From assembly GCA_025352325.1 (NCBI GenBank), contig JANXTR010000053.1, positions 13,567-77,566 of the forward strand: 64,000 bases of DNA. Direction: 5' to 3'. Position numbers and translations under genes: made by a program. A model generated the notes under the pieces. That model worked only from the letters and a program-made list of their open reading frames with translations. It did not search any database and was not told the origin of the DNA. Numbering within the stretch: the first letter of the stretch is position 1; every line of letters begins with the position of its first letter. This document shows, one piece after another, positions 62,376-64,000 of this stretch. Origin of the DNA: Microbacteriaceae bacterium (lineage in GTDB: Bacteria > Actinomycetota > Actinomycetes > Actinomycetales > Microbacteriaceae).

Positions 62376-63220
62376 CGGTGACGTGCGGCGTTGCCGACGA
62401 TGTAATTAGTGAGCACGCCCAGCCCCTCGACCTCGACTTCGACCACGTCGCCCGGTTGCAGTAGCCATGGAGGCGTTCTCGCGTAGCCGACTCCGGACGG
62501 CGTGCCCGTGGCGAGCAGGTCGCCCGCGTTCACGGTGAAGGTGTGGGAGATGTACGACAGGGTCTCGCCCACGCCGTAGATGAGTTGCGTCGTGCTCGCG
62601 TGCTGGACGACCTCTCCGTTCACTCGTGTCTCGATCGCCAACCCGTCGGCGATCTCGCCCACTTCGGCGACGGGGACCAGCGGGCCGAGCGGGCCGGAGT
62701 TGTCTCCGTTCTTGCCGATGATCCATTGCGTCGTCTGCTTCTGCGCTCGACGTGATGTGACGTCATTGAACGTCGAGTAGCCGACGACAGCCGCCAATGC
62801 CTCCTCCGGTGTGGCATCGACGAGCGTCGAGCCGACCCAGGCGACGACCTCACCCTCCCAGTCGAGACCGTCCTCACCGGAAGGCACCGGGATCTGCGCC
62901 CCATCGACCGTGAGCGACGCGGGCCACCGGGCGAAGAGCGTCGGGAACTCCGGCAACTCCTGACCGCTGAACGACCCCTCGTTCACGTGATCCTGGTAGT
63001 TCAGCCCGATGCAGACGACGCGGGCACTCGGCAGCACCGGCGGGACGAGCTCCACGTCTTCGGTCGCGAGGATGGCGCCTGATGGAGCACGCGAGAGGTG
63101 CTCCGCCGGAGACGACCAGAACGATTCGAGGTCGGCGACGAGGGTGACCTGCCTCCCGCTCTCATCCAGGGCACCTACCCACACCGAGCGGTCCGCCTGT
63201 TTCACACCCACGATGCGCAT
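62372..63220 (-). CDS. FAH-family hydrolase/isomerase
   Basis: 282-aa ORF with VVCIGLNYQDHVNE, PTLFARWPAS and GDLLATGTPSGVG. Confidence 0.88.
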   Translation of the reverse strand: MRIVGVKQADRSVWVGALDESGRQVTLVADLESFWSSPAEHLSRAPSGAILATEDVELVPPVLPSARVVCIGLNYQDHVNEGSFSGQELPEFPTLFARWPASLTVDGAQIPVPSGEDGLDWEGEVVAWVGSTLVDATPEEALAAVVGYSTFNDVTSRRAQKQTTQWIIGKNGDNSGPLGPLVPVAEVGEIADGLAIETRVNGEVVQHASTTQLIYGVGETLSYISHTFTVNAGDLLATGTPSGVGYARTPPWLLQPGDVVEVEVEGLGVLTNYIVGNAARHR

Positions 63221-63227
63221 GCGGCCC

Positions 63228-63569
63228 CTAGCTCGTCGCTCGGATGACGAGCATGGATGCCGGGAGGTGCGTGCGGTTCTTGACCGTGCGCATCGTTCCC
63301 GGGGAGAAGTGCACGGAGTCGTAGGCGCCGAGCGTTTCCTCGACCCCCTCGCTGGCCATGACCAACTCGCCGGAGAGAAGGACGTACACGGTCTCGGCGA
63401 CCTGAGGCGCGAGCTCGGCGGACGCGCCAGGAAGATAGTGGGACAGCGCGACGGTGAAGTCGGTCGTCGGCGTGGACTCCCCGCCCTGGAGCCTCACGGG
63501 CCCGACACCGTCGTGGCCGACGGGGGCGAAGGGCTCGGCATCCGCCAGCCTGGTCACTCGCATGGTCAT
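63228..63569 (-). CDS. Cupin-domain protein
   Basis: 113-aa ORF. Small beta-barrel pattern (ALSHYLPGASAELAPQVAETVYVLLSGEL....YDSVHFSPG). ATGA overlap with the upstream stop. Confidence 0.8.
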   Translation of the reverse strand: MTMRVTRLADAEPFAPVGHDGVGPVRLQGGESTPTTDFTVALSHYLPGASAELAPQVAETVYVLLSGELVMASEGVEETLGAYDSVHFSPGTMRTVKNRTHLPASMLVIRATS

Positions 63570-64000
63570 GGCAGGACACCTTCCCTGAGGAGTTGCGGAT
63601 GGTCGGCGGAGCCGCCGGTCAGTCGGTCGTGAAGGGACTGGAGCAGACGCGCAGCATCCAGGACAAGGTCGGTGCCGTAGACATAGAAGTCTGGTCGGGT
63701 CAGGGCGACCGTGCAGCCGTGCTCCCTCAACCAGGCGCGGTACGCGCCGTCGATGTCACGAACCGCGCCATCTTCGGTGAGCAGGGTGATCGACCCGCCG
63801 ATGATTTCGAACCACTGGCGAAGGCGTTCCGGGATGGCGGTCAGGGCGTCCTCGTCGATCGACACCAGCTGCCACGAGCCGCCGATCACGTCGTCGAAGA
63901 GCCCCGTGACCCCATCGGACTGCACACGTGCCTGAACGCCGAGCCGTCCCGCGTTGACGTCGCCATCGATGGTGATCGACGGATGCCCCAGCTGCGGATG
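63566..64000 (-). CDS. FAD-dependent aromatic monooxygenase, C-terminal part only (gene runs off the window end)
   Basis: The reading frame is open to position 64000. The thioredoxin-like C-terminal domain of PheA/MhpA-type hydroxylases is present (WQLVSID..., ALTRPDFYVYG). Confidence 0.7.
   Translation of the reverse strand, partial: HPQLGHPSITIDGDVNAGRLGVQARVQSDGVTGLFDDVIGGSWQLVSIDEDALTAIPERLRQWFEIIGGSITLLTEDGAVRDIDGAYRAWLREHGCTVALTRPDFYVYGTDLVLDAARLLQSLHDRLTGGSADHPQLLREGVLP

Noticed and set aside
1-64000. CRISPR arrays, tandem repeats, rRNA/tRNA genes, intact IS elements or prophage
   Set aside because: I saw no regularly spaced direct repeats, no rRNA-like stretches, no cloverleaf-compatible tRNA sequences, and no transposase or phage structural genes. 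The only mobile-element trace is the recombinase fragment at 38779..38976. This scan was by eye only and is not exhaustive.

Overview
This is a high-G+C, actinobacterial-type chromosomal segment. Codon third positions are almost all G/C, and many neighbouring genes join by ATGA/GTGA start-stop overlaps. Assigning it to a Microbacteriaceae-like organism is only an inference from the protein families. I support about 58 protein-coding genes, nearly all in tightly packed catabolic operons.

- **27-12607:** an IclR-associated divergent sugar-acid oxidation regulon. It holds a lactonase, an IlvD/Edd dehydratase, a FAH-family enzyme, Zn-ADHs, SDRs and a 963-aa FAD/Fe-S 2-hydroxyacid dehydrogenase.
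- **13876-21864:** a ROK-regulated ABC-transporter and GH1 beta-glucosidase operon that also carries AKR, VOC and broken tautomerase genes.
- **22175-25791:** a lectin-like/TolB-propeller gene followed by a small islet of domain-of-unknown-function genes.
- **25821-35642:** a LacI-linked galactoside locus with an ABC transporter and GH42, GH36 and secreted GH27 enzymes.
- **36122-38976:** a Stealth-family phosphotransferase and a metallophosphoesterase, next to a serine-recombinase fragment.
- **39000-47477:** an 8-gene minus-strand operon headed by an AceE-type ThDP E1 homologue. It continues with a VOC dioxygenase, FAD monooxygenase, FAH, NmrA, SDR and CoA-transferase A/B.
- **47595-50798:** a GntR gene and a HIT/hydrolase/amidohydrolase operon that share a GATATATC promoter motif with the E1 operon.
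- **50799-53321:** a patch of atypical codon usage holding an ArsR gene, an alpha/beta hydrolase and decayed DNA.
- **53322-61751:** a cluster of two CocE/NonD hydrolases, an ACAD-fold flavoenzyme, an MDR reductase, DUF3500 and GntR.
- **61755-64000:** a second, partly decayed aromatic module with an NmrA pseudogene, FAH, cupin and a partial FAD monooxygenase.

I saw no rRNA, tRNA, CRISPR array, intact IS element or prophage. Several gene remnants point to local decay and old integration events: an alpha/beta hydrolase, a tautomerase, a recombinase and NmrA.

I found no clear-cut novel system such as a defence island. The best candidates for undescribed biology are the E1-headed ring-cleavage operon, the CocE/NonD-ACAD-DUF3500 cluster, the Stealth islet and the LysR HTH-only protein.

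All family calls rest on motif recognition by eye and need HMM or BLAST confirmation.
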